Assembly: GCA_964610835.1 (NCBI GenBank)
Contig: CAZSWK010000001.1
Location: forward strand, 23,843-87,842
DNA from: an uncultured Anaerolineaceae bacterium
Lineage (GTDB): Bacteria; Chloroflexota; Limnocylindria; Limnocylindrales; CSP1-4
Direction of reading: 5' to 3'
DNA length: 64,000 nt
Shown: one piece after another, positions 52,581 through 61,577 of the stretch
Layout: each line of letters begins with the position of its first letter
How positions within the stretch are numbered: the first letter of the stretch is position 1
Made by a program: the position numbers and the translations under genes
The notes under the pieces: model-generated
The model's database searches: none
What the model was told of the DNA's origin: nothing
Seen by the model: only the letters and a program-made list of their open reading frames with translations

Positions 52581-55500
52581 CTAGCCGGCAGGCACGCGAC
52601 TGCCAGGCGCCACACTGCGGCGTGCCGCGACCGGTGCGCCGGGTGAGGTGCGCATGGCCTCATCCAGCTGCTCGAGGAAGGCCACGGCGCCGAGCTGTTC
52701 GTATAGCGAACGCGCCCATGCGGCGTGCTCGCGAACGGCATCGGTCGTCGGTCCCAGGAGAATGACCTGGTCGAGTGCCATCCAAGCCGCCATGAAGTCG
52801 ACGTTCAGCTCGCGCCGGCCGGCGATCGCCTGGCGGTAGCCGGCCAGTGCCTCGTCCGTTCGCCCCTCGAGCGCGGCCAGCGCCGCATGGAATTCGAGCA
52901 GGTCGTCGCGACGCATCCTGGATCGCTCGGGGTCGGCCTCAAGCGCGGCTGTCATCCGGCGCAGTCGGGTTGCGTCACGGGCCCAGATCGCCGCGCGACA
53001 CGCCCAGGCGCGGTAGAGGTAGCCGATGATCTCCATCTCCTGGGCTACTTCGGAGACAGTGTCGGCTGCTTCTCCGGGACGGCCTTCGAACAGGTCCCTG
53101 TGTGCCTCGAGCCATGCCAGCTCGCGATCAGTGTGGGGATCGGGCAGGTGCTCCGTCAGTTCAGTGAGACGGGCAAGCAACTCCTCAAAGCCGGATCTGC
53201 GCGCGGCGCGGATCTGCGCCGCGTACGCCAGCAGGTGCTGTTCCGTCGCCGGCTCGACGCCGGACTGGAGCACCTGGTCGATATCAGCGATGACCGCATC
53301 CCATTCGCGGCCCAACAGATAAGCAGCCGGACCCTGTGATGCCACGATCCAGTTCGTCATCAGGTGGTTGCCCAGGCGGCGCGTGAGCTCCAGGTTGGCC
53401 TTGCTCAACTCGTACGCGCGCAGCAGGTCGTCGGTCCAGATGATCGAAGTGAGGTTGGCCCTGGCGCGGACCTCCACATCGACAAAGCCGTCGTCGGCCG
53501 CCACCCGTGCCGCGCCCTCCATCAACGCCACCGCCTCCTTCTGGCGGCCGATGTACGAGAGGCCGGCCGCCTTGTTCGCCATGAGGTTGGCGATGTGGCG
53601 GTTGAGCTCGTTGGCCTCCGCCAGGGGCAGCCCTTGATCGGCAACCTCGACCGCCTTCGCCGGTGCGTTGTTGCGATATTGCGCACGGGAGAGGTTGGTG
53701 AGCACCGGGACTCGGTCAGCTTCGTCGCCGGCCGGCAGTTCGCCCAGGATCGCTTCGAGCCGGCTCACGGCCTGGCTCGGGTCACCGATGTCGATCAGCG
53801 CATCGCCGAGCACCGCGGCCGCTCGGGCGAGGCCGGCGTAGTCCGCCAGGTCGCGATACGCAGCCATCGCTTCCTCCGCCATGGCCACGGCATCCTCGTT
53901 CTGCTGCGCCAGGTTGGCGACGAAGGCGCCGCGCTCGAGCAGTGGAGCACGATCGGCTGGCTTAGCGGCGACCTGCAGCGCCTGACCGAAGTAGATGACG
54001 GCCTGGTCGTTGGCCCCCAGTTGCGCGGCGCGCTCGGCCGCGGCGCGCAGCGCCAGCCGCGCCTGGTTGGCGACGGCGTCCCGCTCCGGTCCTTCAGCCG
54101 ACGCCTCGTGCGCCGCGAGGTAGTGGCTCGCCAGGGCGCCCGCCAGCTCCTCGTCACCCACTGCCTCGAAGCGGCGTGCGGCAGCCAGGTGCTTCTCGCG
54201 GCGCTGCCTCTTGGCCAGCGTGCTGTAGGCGACCTCCCGGATCAGTTCCTGCACGAAACGGTACTGGCCGCGCTCTGGCGAGCGCGGATCGGCCTCGAAT
54301 TCGAGCAGCTGGCGCCGCACCAGCCCATGCAGGCGCTCGTCCAGGTCCTTCTGCCCGCCCTCGAGCGTGGCCAGGCCAGCCGGCGTGAAGGCCTGGCCGA
54401 GCACGGAGGCGTCCTGTAGCAGGGCGCGGTCGGCCGCATCCAGCCCGTCGAGTCGCGAGGCGATCAGCGAGCGAAGCGTATCGGGGATGGCCAGCTCGCC
54501 CAGCTCGCCGACCGGCCGGTAGCCGTTCTCGGTACGCTCCAGGCGGCCCTCGGCGAGCAGGCTGCGGACCGTCTCGACCGCATACAACGGGACGCCATCG
54601 GCTCGCGCCACGATGGCGTCCATAGCCCGGTCGGGCAGGCCGGGCACGAAGCCGGCGAGCATCTCGTGCATGTCCGCGTCGGAAAGTGGCTCGAGGTCGA
54701 CCGCGGTGAAGTTGCGCCGGCCGGCGCCCCACGTGGGTCGGCGGTCGAACAGCTCGGGGCGGGCCAAAGTGATGATCAGGATCGGCAGCCCCTTGGACCA
54801 CTCGAGCAGGTGGTCGATGAAGTCGAGCAGACCCGTGTCTGCCCATTGCAGGTCCTCGAACAGAAGAATGGTGGTTCCGCGGGCGGCGATACGCTCGAAG
54901 AGGATGCGCCATGCGGCGAAGAGCGCGTCGCGACCGCCGGCGGGGGCCTCTTCCAGGCCGAGGAGCGTCAGCAGGGCCGGCTCGACCCAGCGCCGATCAT
55001 CAGGCTCGGGCACCCATTCGGTGACCCCCACACGCACCCGCTCGCGCGTAGTGGCCTCGTCATCGCTCTCGGCCAGGCCAAGCCGGCGGCGGACGATCTC
55101 GCCGAGCGCCCAGAAGGTCACGCCCTCGCCGTAAGACGGTGATCGCCCGCGGTGCCAGTACACCGTCTCGACGACGCCGTCGAGGTACTTCTCGAGCTCC
55201 CACGCGAGCCGGCTCTTGCCGATGCCCGCCGGGCCGGTGATCGAGACCAGGCGCGTCTTGGGTTCGCGGCCAGTCAGGGCGATGAGGTCCTTGAGCAGGC
55301 GCAGCTCCTCGTCGCGGCCGACGAACGGTGGCTCGGGCAGTTCGCTGCGCCCCTGTCCTCCGCGCTGGGCGGCCACGCGCAGTGCGCGATAGGCCGGTAC
55401 CGGGGCGGACTTGCCCTTGAGCACCTGCTCGCCGGCCTCCTCGAAATCGATCGCCGCACCGGCGGCATGGCGCGTCGCCTCGCCGACCAGGACGGTACCC

Positions 55501-56105
55501 GGTGGCGCCACGGACTGGAGCCGGGCAGCGGTGTTGACCATGTCGCCCGCGACCATGCCCTGGTCGGTTGCGCCGAGCGTCACCGCCGCCTCGCCGGTCA
55601 GCACGCCGACACGCGCGTTGATGTTCGGGCCCAGGTCGCGGACCACGTCGACCAGGTCGAGACCGGCGCGCACGGCGCGTTCCGCGTCGTCTTCCTGTGC
55701 CACGGGCGCGCCCCAGACAGCCATGACCGCGTCGCCGATGAACTTCTCGACGGTGCCGCCGTAGCGTTCGATCACAGCACGCGCCTCGGCGAAGTAGCGG
55801 CTGAGCGTGTCACGGACCTCTTCCGCGTCGCGCTCTTCCGCGAATGGCGTGAAACCGACGAGATCGGCGAAGAGAACGCTGACCAGCCGGCGTTCGGCGA
55901 CCGGCTGCGCCGGAGCCTGACTGGGTGGGGCAGCTGCCGGCTTGGCCACCCCTGTGGCGAGCGCCGTTCCGCATTCGCCGCAGAACTTGATGCCCGGCGC
56001 GTTGGCCGTGCCGCAGTTCGGGCATGCCTGGGCAAGTGACACCCCGCATTCACCGCAGAACTTGCGGCCGGGCTCGTTCTCCGTCCCGCAGTTGGCGCAG
56101 ATCAC
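52581..56105 (-). CDS. double zinc-ribbon, class III adenylate/guanylate cyclase, AAA (STAND) ATPase and TPR signalling protein
   Basis: The N-terminus 'MICANCGTENEPGRKFCGECG...CPNCGTANAPGIKFCGECG' is a double zinc ribbon. The cyclase core has 'VSVLFADLVGFT', 'VEKFIGDAVMAVWG' and 'GDMVNTAARLQS'. The P-loop is 'ITGPAGIGKSRL' and Walker B is 'ILLFEDLQWAD'. A ~600-aa helical repeat tail follows. Confidence 0.87.
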   Translation of the reverse strand: MICANCGTENEPGRKFCGECGVSLAQACPNCGTANAPGIKFCGECGTALATGVAKPAAAPPSQAPAQPVAERRLVSVLFADLVGFTPFAEERDAEEVRDTLSRYFAEARAVIERYGGTVEKFIGDAVMAVWGAPVAQEDDAERAVRAGLDLVDVVRDLGPNINARVGVLTGEAAVTLGATDQGMVAGDMVNTAARLQSVAPPGTVLVGEATRHAAGAAIDFEEAGEQVLKGKSAPVPAYRALRVAAQRGGQGRSELPEPPFVGRDEELRLLKDLIALTGREPKTRLVSITGPAGIGKSRLAWELEKYLDGVVETVYWHRGRSPSYGEGVTFWALGEIVRRRLGLAESDDEATTRERVRVGVTEWVPEPDDRRWVEPALLTLLGLEEAPAGGRDALFAAWRILFERIAARGTTILLFEDLQWADTGLLDFIDHLLEWSKGLPILIITLARPELFDRRPTWGAGRRNFTAVDLEPLSDADMHEMLAGFVPGLPDRAMDAIVARADGVPLYAVETVRSLLAEGRLERTENGYRPVGELGELAIPDTLRSLIASRLDGLDAADRALLQDASVLGQAFTPAGLATLEGGQKDLDERLHGLVRRQLLEFEADPRSPERGQYRFVQELIREVAYSTLAKRQRREKHLAAARRFEAVGDEELAGALASHYLAAHEASAEGPERDAVANQARLALRAAAERAAQLGANDQAVIYFGQALQVAAKPADRAPLLERGAFVANLAQQNEDAVAMAEEAMAAYRDLADYAGLARAAAVLGDALIDIGDPSQAVSRLEAILGELPAGDEADRVPVLTNLSRAQYRNNAPAKAVEVADQGLPLAEANELNRHIANLMANKAAGLSYIGRQKEAVALMEGAARVAADDGFVDVEVRARANLTSIIWTDDLLRAYELSKANLELTRRLGNHLMTNWIVASQGPAAYLLGREWDAVIADIDQVLQSGVEPATEQHLLAYAAQIRAARRSGFEELLARLTELTEHLPDPHTDRELAWLEAHRDLFEGRPGEAADTVSEVAQEMEIIGYLYRAWACRAAIWARDATRLRRMTAALEADPERSRMRRDDLLEFHAALAALEGRTDEALAGYRQAIAGRRELNVDFMAAWMALDQVILLGPTTDAVREHAAWARSLYEQLGAVAFLEQLDEAMRTSPGAPVAARRSVAPGSRVPAG

Positions 56106-56151
56106 CGAGTTTTCACCCTCTCACCTGTTCGACAGGGTAACCGACGGCGGC

Positions 56152-56598
56152 CTAGTTGCCGTGCTCGCCGGCCCGGGCCTCGCGCTCGACGATGCGTACG
56201 AATTCGTTCAATTCCCCCTGGAAGCTGCCTTTGTAGGAGCCGCTGGCAAAGATGCGGGCGCTGATGGCCGGGATGAGGCCGACCGTGCGGAATTCCTCGG
56301 TTATGAGTGTGCCGTCGCGATCTGGCTCGAAGCTCGTGGCGTTCTCACCGTGCAGCAGCCAGTTGCCGAAGCGGGTGACGAAGCGCCTGGGGCGGTCGAC
56401 TTCGAGCACCTGGGTGGGACTTCTCATCCTGCCGAAGTGCGTCACGTACGTCGTCCCCGCGCGATCGACCGGTCCGCTGATGTCGGTTACGCGGGTCACG
56501 CCGCCCACCCACTCGGCCATGCGCTCGAGATTGGTCCACAGGTTGAACACGAGTTCGGGCGGTGCCTTCGCGTGGGCGGTGAAGCGGTAGCTGGCCAC
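56152..56598 (-). CDS. SRPBCC (START/Bet v1-like, polyketide-cyclase-type) family protein
   Basis: 'YRFTAHAKAPPELVFNLWTNLERMAEWVGGVTRV...TYVTHFGRMRSPTQVLEVDRPRRF' is the typical SRPBCC pattern. The GTG at 56598 gives a 148-aa product. The gene lies 46 nt upstream of the cyclase-STAND gene on the same strand. Confidence 0.75.
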   Translation of the reverse strand: MASYRFTAHAKAPPELVFNLWTNLERMAEWVGGVTRVTDISGPVDRAGTTYVTHFGRMRSPTQVLEVDRPRRFVTRFGNWLLHGENATSFEPDRDGTLITEEFRTVGLIPAISARIFASGSYKGSFQGELNEFVRIVEREARAGEHGN

Positions 56599-56697
56599 GG
56601 GCCAAGAGTAGACGGGCGCGGGCCGTTTGGCCCTTCCAGTGGCGTTGTGGTACGCCCGACGATGACTTGGCCAAATCACCGCGCCCGGGAGACAGCC

Positions 56698-57198
56698 ATG
56701 CCATCAGTCGCCGAAGTGGCGGATGAGTTCTTGTCGCACAAGCGCATCGCCGTGACCGGCGTTTCGCGCACGCCAGCGTCTCACGGCGGCAACGTCGTCT
56801 ACAAGCGCCTGCGCGAGCGCGGCTACGAGGTATTCGCCGTCAACCCCAACGCCGACGAGGTCGAGGGCGACACCTGCTACCACGACCTCAAGTCCATTCC
56901 CGATGGGGTGGAGGTGGTGATCCTCGCCACCCGTCCCGAGCACGCGGAAGGCACCATCCGCGAAGCGGCCGAGTTGGGCATCACGCGCGTCTGGATGCAC
57001 CGCCTGTTCGGCGCCGGATCGTGCTCCGCGCAGGCGGCGCGGGTCGGGCGCGAGAATGGCATCACCGTCATCGAAGGCGGTTGCCCGCTGATGTTCGAGC
57101 CCACGTCCGACGGCGGGCACAAGATGTTGAAGTTCTTCGGAACGCTGATGGGCAAGGTGCCGCGCACTGTGCAGGAGCCGACTGCTCCGGAAGCCTGA
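56698..57198 (+). CDS. CoA-binding domain protein
   Basis: The ATG is at 56698. 'KRIAVTGVSRTPASHGGNVVYKRLRERGYEVFAVNPNADEVEGDTCYHDLKSIPDGVEVVILATRPE' is the CoA_binding_2 pattern. Confidence 0.8.
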   Translation: MPSVAEVADEFLSHKRIAVTGVSRTPASHGGNVVYKRLRERGYEVFAVNPNADEVEGDTCYHDLKSIPDGVEVVILATRPEHAEGTIREAAELGITRVWMHRLFGAGSCSAQAARVGRENGITVIEGGCPLMFEPTSDGGHKMLKFFGTLMGKVPRTVQEPTAPEA

Positions 57199-57241
57199 CG
57201 TTCGGGCGCCGCCGACATCGGGCTGGCGGCATACTGGCGGG

Positions 57242-57826
57242 GTGAGCAAAGGGAGGCTCGAGGCATTCAGCGATGGCGTGCTGGCCATCGTCATCACCAT
57301 CATGGTGCTCGAGCTGGCCCCGCCCGCCGGGTCGTCACTGGACGACCTCGTCGCGTTGTGGCCCAAGTTCCTCTCGTACGCACTGAGCTTCGCCTACCTG
57401 GCGATCTACTGGAACAACCACCACCACCTTTTCCAGGCATCGCGCACGGTCAGCGGCCGTGTGCTGTGGTCGAACATGCTGCTGCTGTTCACGCTGTCGC
57501 TCGTTCCTTTCGCCACCGCGTGGATGGGGGAGCACTCGTTCGCCGGCACGCCGGTCATGGTCTACAACGCGGTGCTCATCCTGCCGGCGATCGCGTACTA
57601 CATCCTCGTCCGGGGGCTGATCGCGGCGCCCGGCCAGTCGGCCACGCTTGCCGCGGCAATCGGCAACGACTTCAAGGGCAAGATCTCGATCGTGATCTAT
57701 GCCCTGGCACTGCCCTTCGCGCTCTACCTGCCAGCCGTCGCCATTCTGGTGTTCATCGTGGTGGCCGCGATCTGGATCGTGCCCGACCCGCGCATCGAAC
57801 GCGCCCTCGAGCCATCGCGCGAATAG
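57242..57826 (+). CDS. TMEM175/DUF1211 family potassium channel-like protein
   Basis: 'RLEAFSDGVLAIVITIMVLEL' is the signature first helix (FSDGV motif). Six TM segments are predicted by eye. Confidence 0.8.
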   Translation: MSKGRLEAFSDGVLAIVITIMVLELAPPAGSSLDDLVALWPKFLSYALSFAYLAIYWNNHHHLFQASRTVSGRVLWSNMLLLFTLSLVPFATAWMGEHSFAGTPVMVYNAVLILPAIAYYILVRGLIAAPGQSATLAAAIGNDFKGKISIVIYALALPFALYLPAVAILVFIVVAAIWIVPDPRIERALEPSRE

Positions 57827-57832
57827 GGTTGC

Positions 57833-58858
57833 CTAGCGGGGCTCCCAGCGGACGCTGATCGGGCGGTCGAGGCCGGGCAGCGGCAGGGAGGCGGCCTCTT
57901 CTTCGATCGCGCGGCGCTCGGCAGGTGACAGACGGCGCCACGGTTCGACGCTCAAGTTCGAGTTGGCGCGTCGCCAGGTACCGGCGAGTTCGCCGCTCAC
58001 CAGCAGCGCCCCAGGCCAGACGCGCGGCGTCCAGAGTTGATCGCGCCGGGTTGCGTCGGGCACCAGGAGTTCGCGATCGGCACCGTGGACAAGCCAGTAG
58101 GCGTCGCCACTCGGTAGCAGTCGCACGCCGTCCACGAGGGATGTGTCGGCCCGGAAGCGGAGCTCATCGCTGGTGAGGATCCAGCCTTCGCCAATCGGTG
58201 AGCGCGTGGCGGTCAACTCGCCCGCGAGCGCTTCGAACGCGGCCTGCGCCTCGCGGCGACCGATGCCTGCCCACTTGGCGAACGCCGGCGCTGTGGTCGG
58301 CCCGAACAACCGCAGGTACCTGCGCGCCAATTCGGTACGTGCCGCCAGTGGCTCGATGTCGGGCGCCGGCACCGTCCAGATGATCGGCCGCCGGGCGCCT
58401 TCCCAGCGCAGCAGCAGCGTGCCGGTCGGCGCGACGTAGCGCAGCGAATTCGGGTGCACGCCCAGTGCCTGGCCGGCGTCGTCGTAGGGCAAGCGGCGGC
58501 CGTCGAGATGGGCGTGCAGCCGTGCCGCCAGGTCCAGCGCGAAGCGCCTTTCCTTCGCGCTGTCGGGCAACCGGCCCAGCGAGAAGAGGGCCCGATCGCG
58601 TGCCGCGACGACGTATGCGCTGAAGCGCGGCCCCCACAGCTGAACGTAGACAGGGTTCTCCCACGTTGCCGGTTCGGTGCCGGCAACGCGCGCGTGAATC
58701 GACAGCAGTGCCGCCCTGGGCATGCTGTCCTGCAGGCCAGCCAGCGCAGCCTGCTCCAGGGCTCCGGGACCGGCTGGCAGCCGCTGGTCGAGCAGGTTGA
58801 CGCGACGGCGGTGCGCCAGGATCTGCTCACGTGAGAGCTCGACTTTTGCTCCAGCCAT
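57833..58858 (-). CDS. winged-helix DNA glycosylase, YcaQ/AlkZ (DUF1006) family
   Basis: 'LSREQILAHRRRVNLLDQR...LQDSMPRAALLSIHARV...VYVQLWGPRFSAYVV' and the C-terminal half 'YLRLFGPTTAPAFAKWAGI' follow the YcaQ family pattern. The start at 58858 (M41 of the ORF) is preferred. Confidence 0.78.
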   Translation of the reverse strand: MAGAKVELSREQILAHRRRVNLLDQRLPAGPGALEQAALAGLQDSMPRAALLSIHARVAGTEPATWENPVYVQLWGPRFSAYVVAARDRALFSLGRLPDSAKERRFALDLAARLHAHLDGRRLPYDDAGQALGVHPNSLRYVAPTGTLLLRWEGARRPIIWTVPAPDIEPLAARTELARRYLRLFGPTTAPAFAKWAGIGRREAQAAFEALAGELTATRSPIGEGWILTSDELRFRADTSLVDGVRLLPSGDAYWLVHGADRELLVPDATRRDQLWTPRVWPGALLVSGELAGTWRRANSNLSVEPWRRLSPAERRAIEEEAASLPLPGLDRPISVRWEPR

Positions 58859-58907
58859 CGCCGCCAGCGTACCGATACCGCCACTCCTGTTCGCCGGTGC
58901 GACACTC

Positions 58908-61577
58908 ATGCCTGCTATGGCCGGATCCGCCCACGAGGAACTGCCAACCGGCATCGTCACCTTCATGTTCAGCGACATCGAGGGATCGACTAGGTTGGTT
59001 CAACAGTTCGGCGAACGCTTCGCCGAGGTGCTTGCCCAGCATCAGGCCCTGATGCGCGCGGCGCTCGCTCAGCATGGTGGCCGCGAGGTCAGCACGGAGG
59101 GCGATTCCTTTTTCGCGGTCTTCAGCTCGCCGCGCGACGCCGCTGCTGCGGTCGCGGCTGTGCAACGCGCGCACGCCGCTCATTCCTTTCCTTATCAGGC
59201 GGTTGTGCGCGTGCGTATCGGGCTGCACACCGGTGCTGGTACGCGTGGCGGCGACAACTACGTCGGTCTGGACGTGCACCGTGGCGCACGCATTGCCGCC
59301 GCCGCCCACGGTGGCGAGGTACTGCTTTCCGAGGCAACCCGGGCGCTCGTCTCCGACGGTTTGCCCGACGACCTCTCGACACGCGATGTGGGTCTGCACC
59401 GGCTCAAGGACCTGCGGTCGCCGGAGCGCTTGCACCGACTGGTCATCGAGGGCCTGCCGGCTGACTTTCCGCCACCACGCTCGCTCGGCTCGACAACTCA
59501 CCTGCCGCAGGCGGCGACCAGTTTCGTCGGCCGTGAGCAGGAAATCGAAACGCTCACCCGGCTGCTGCACCAGACGCGGTTGCTGACGCTCACCGGCCCC
59601 GGTGGCACGGGCAAGACGCGGTTGGCCCTCGAGACGGCCAGACGGGCCGCGGCCGGGCACCGGGATGGGGCCGTCTTCGTGGCTCTTGACGCCATCCGCG
59701 ACACAGAGCTCGTTGCCTCGGCGGCAGTCGAGGCAATCGGCGTGACCGAGAAGGCCGGCTCGGCCGAGGAGGTACTCACCACCCACCTGGCAAACCGGGA
59801 AATGCTGCTCGTGTTTGACAACTTCGAGCAGGTCATGCCCGCCGCGGCCATGGTCGACCGCCTGCTGGCCAGCGCTCCCGGGCTGTGCGCCATCGTCACC
59901 AGCCGGGTGCCGTTGCAGCTCTACGGGGAGCAGGAATACCGGGTCGCGCCGCTGCCGACACCCGACCTCGAGTCGCTGCCGGCGCCGGAGGCGATGAGCG
60001 GCATCGCGTCGGTCAGGCTATTCCTTGAGCGGGCGCGCGCGGTCGACGCGCGATTCACGCTGACCGCCGCCAACGCAGCGGCCGTAGCCCAGATCTGCGT
60101 GCGGCTCGACGGGCTGCCACTCGCCATCGAGCTTGCCGCCGCGCGGGTGAAACTGCTGCCACCCAGTGCCATCCTGGCCCGCCTCGGCCACCGCCTCGAG
60201 TTGCTGGCCGTCCAGTCGCCCAACCTGCCCGCGCGCCAGCGCACGCTGCGTGCGGCCATTGACTGGAGCTGGGAGCTGCTCGACGAAGGCGAGCGCACGT
60301 TGTTCGAGCGACTCGCCGTCTTTCGCGGCGGCTGGGACCTGGAGTCGGCTGCGGCGGTCTGCCTGCCCGAGGAACTGGGCATCGATCTGCTCGACGGCCT
60401 GTCCTCCCTGCTCGACAAGAGCCTGATCGTGCGCATGGATGCCGACGAGCCACGCTTCAACCTGCTGCAGACCATCGGCGAGTACGCCTACGAACGACTG
60501 CTGGCGGCAGGCGGAGCGGAAGCCGCAATGCGCCGCCACGCGCTCTACTTCCGCGACCTCGCGGAGACCGTCGAACCGGATCTGACTGGCCCCGATGCGG
60601 CGGCCGGCACCGCCCGCCTGGCGCTCGAGCAGGACAACCTGCGTGCCGCCATGACCTGGGCCGTGGACGCCGGCGAGGCACAGATCGGGCTGCGGCTGGC
60701 CAGTTCGATCTGGCGCTTCTGGCAACGGCGCGGCCAACTGCGGGAAGGACGAGAGTGGCTGGACCGTTTGCTGGCCCTGGCGGGCGCGGCGAGCGTGCCG
60801 GCCGTGCATGCCAAGGCGTTGACCGCCGCCGGGGGCGTCGCCTACTGGCAGGGCGACCAGGCCATGCACCGTTATTACGGCGATGCGTTGGCGATCTACC
60901 GCAGCCTGGATGACGCGCGCGGAATCGCGGATTCGCTCCAGAACCTGGGCTTCGCCACGATGCTGTCCCGGGGTTCGACAGCGGACGGCATGGACGAGGC
61001 CGGCCGCCTGTTCGAGGAAAGCCTGGTTCGCTACCGCGAGCTGGGCGATGAGCTCAACATCGCCAGCGTCATCGGGGTGATCGGGTACTCGCGCATGATG
61101 ACCGGACGTCTCGACGAGGCCCGCGCGGCAATTAACCAGGCGCTGGAGCTGAACACGGCCCACGGGAACGTTGGCCGGGCGAACGACAATCGCCTGGCCC
61201 TGGGTCATGTCGACCGACTCGCTGGGCACCTCCGGGAGGCGGCGGGCCAGTACCGCATGGCGCTTGCTGAGAGCCGTGAGCTAGGCGATGCGTCGCGCAC
61301 GCTGATGCAGCTCATCCCGGCAGCCTCGCTGCTCGCGGTGACGGCTCGCCACGAGGCCGCGATGGAGCTGCTCGGCGCGGCCGCCCGGGCGCGCGACGAG
61401 CAGGGCGGCATGATCTCCTTTGCCGTGCCGGGCATCGGTGACCCGCTGGCGGAGGTGCGCGCGGCTGGGATCCCCGATACGCAGGTCGAGTCCTGGCAGG
61501 CGGCGGGCAGATCGATGGACCTCGACGCCGCGGTCGACTACGCCCTCGGCAGGTTGGGCGAAGTCAGCCTGGAGTAG
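58908..61577 (+). CDS. class III cyclase-homology domain, NB-ARC/AAA (STAND) ATPase and TPR protein
   Basis: The cyclase-like N-terminus has 'VTFMFSDIEGSTRL', 'STEGDSFFAVF' and 'VGLDVHRGARIAA'. The P-loop is 'LTGPGGTGKTRLA' and Walker B is 'LLVFDNFEQV'. The TPR-like tail includes 'YYGDALAIYRSLDDARGIADSLQNLG' and 'ESLVRYRELGDELNIASVI'. Confidence 0.87.
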   Translation: MPAMAGSAHEELPTGIVTFMFSDIEGSTRLVQQFGERFAEVLAQHQALMRAALAQHGGREVSTEGDSFFAVFSSPRDAAAAVAAVQRAHAAHSFPYQAVVRVRIGLHTGAGTRGGDNYVGLDVHRGARIAAAAHGGEVLLSEATRALVSDGLPDDLSTRDVGLHRLKDLRSPERLHRLVIEGLPADFPPPRSLGSTTHLPQAATSFVGREQEIETLTRLLHQTRLLTLTGPGGTGKTRLALETARRAAAGHRDGAVFVALDAIRDTELVASAAVEAIGVTEKAGSAEEVLTTHLANREMLLVFDNFEQVMPAAAMVDRLLASAPGLCAIVTSRVPLQLYGEQEYRVAPLPTPDLESLPAPEAMSGIASVRLFLERARAVDARFTLTAANAAAVAQICVRLDGLPLAIELAAARVKLLPPSAILARLGHRLELLAVQSPNLPARQRTLRAAIDWSWELLDEGERTLFERLAVFRGGWDLESAAAVCLPEELGIDLLDGLSSLLDKSLIVRMDADEPRFNLLQTIGEYAYERLLAAGGAEAAMRRHALYFRDLAETVEPDLTGPDAAAGTARLALEQDNLRAAMTWAVDAGEAQIGLRLASSIWRFWQRRGQLREGREWLDRLLALAGAASVPAVHAKALTAAGGVAYWQGDQAMHRYYGDALAIYRSLDDARGIADSLQNLGFATMLSRGSTADGMDEAGRLFEESLVRYRELGDELNIASVIGVIGYSRMMTGRLDEARAAINQALELNTAHGNVGRANDNRLALGHVDRLAGHLREAAGQYRMALAESRELGDASRTLMQLIPAASLLAVTARHEAAMELLGAAARARDEQGGMISFAVPGIGDPLAEVRAAGIPDTQVESWQAAGRSMDLDAAVDYALGRLGEVSLE

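Noticed and set aside
55942-56697. The N-terminal 252 codons of ORF 55942..57198, which extend the CoA-binding protein to 418 aa.
   Set aside because: The extension runs antisense through the cyclase N-terminus and the SRPBCC gene. CoA-binding homology begins at the internal ATG at 56698.
52581-61577. The idea that the class III cyclase genes are Pycsar/CBASS-like anti-phage cyclases.
   Set aside because: Both cyclase domains are fused to AAA/NB-ARC plus TPR regulator modules of the mycobacterial Rv0386 type. No adjacent cNMP-binding effector (TIR, TM or nuclease) gene is present. The neighbours are SRPBCC, DinB, CoA-binding, TMEM175 and YcaQ. Nothing else in the locus resembles a defence island.
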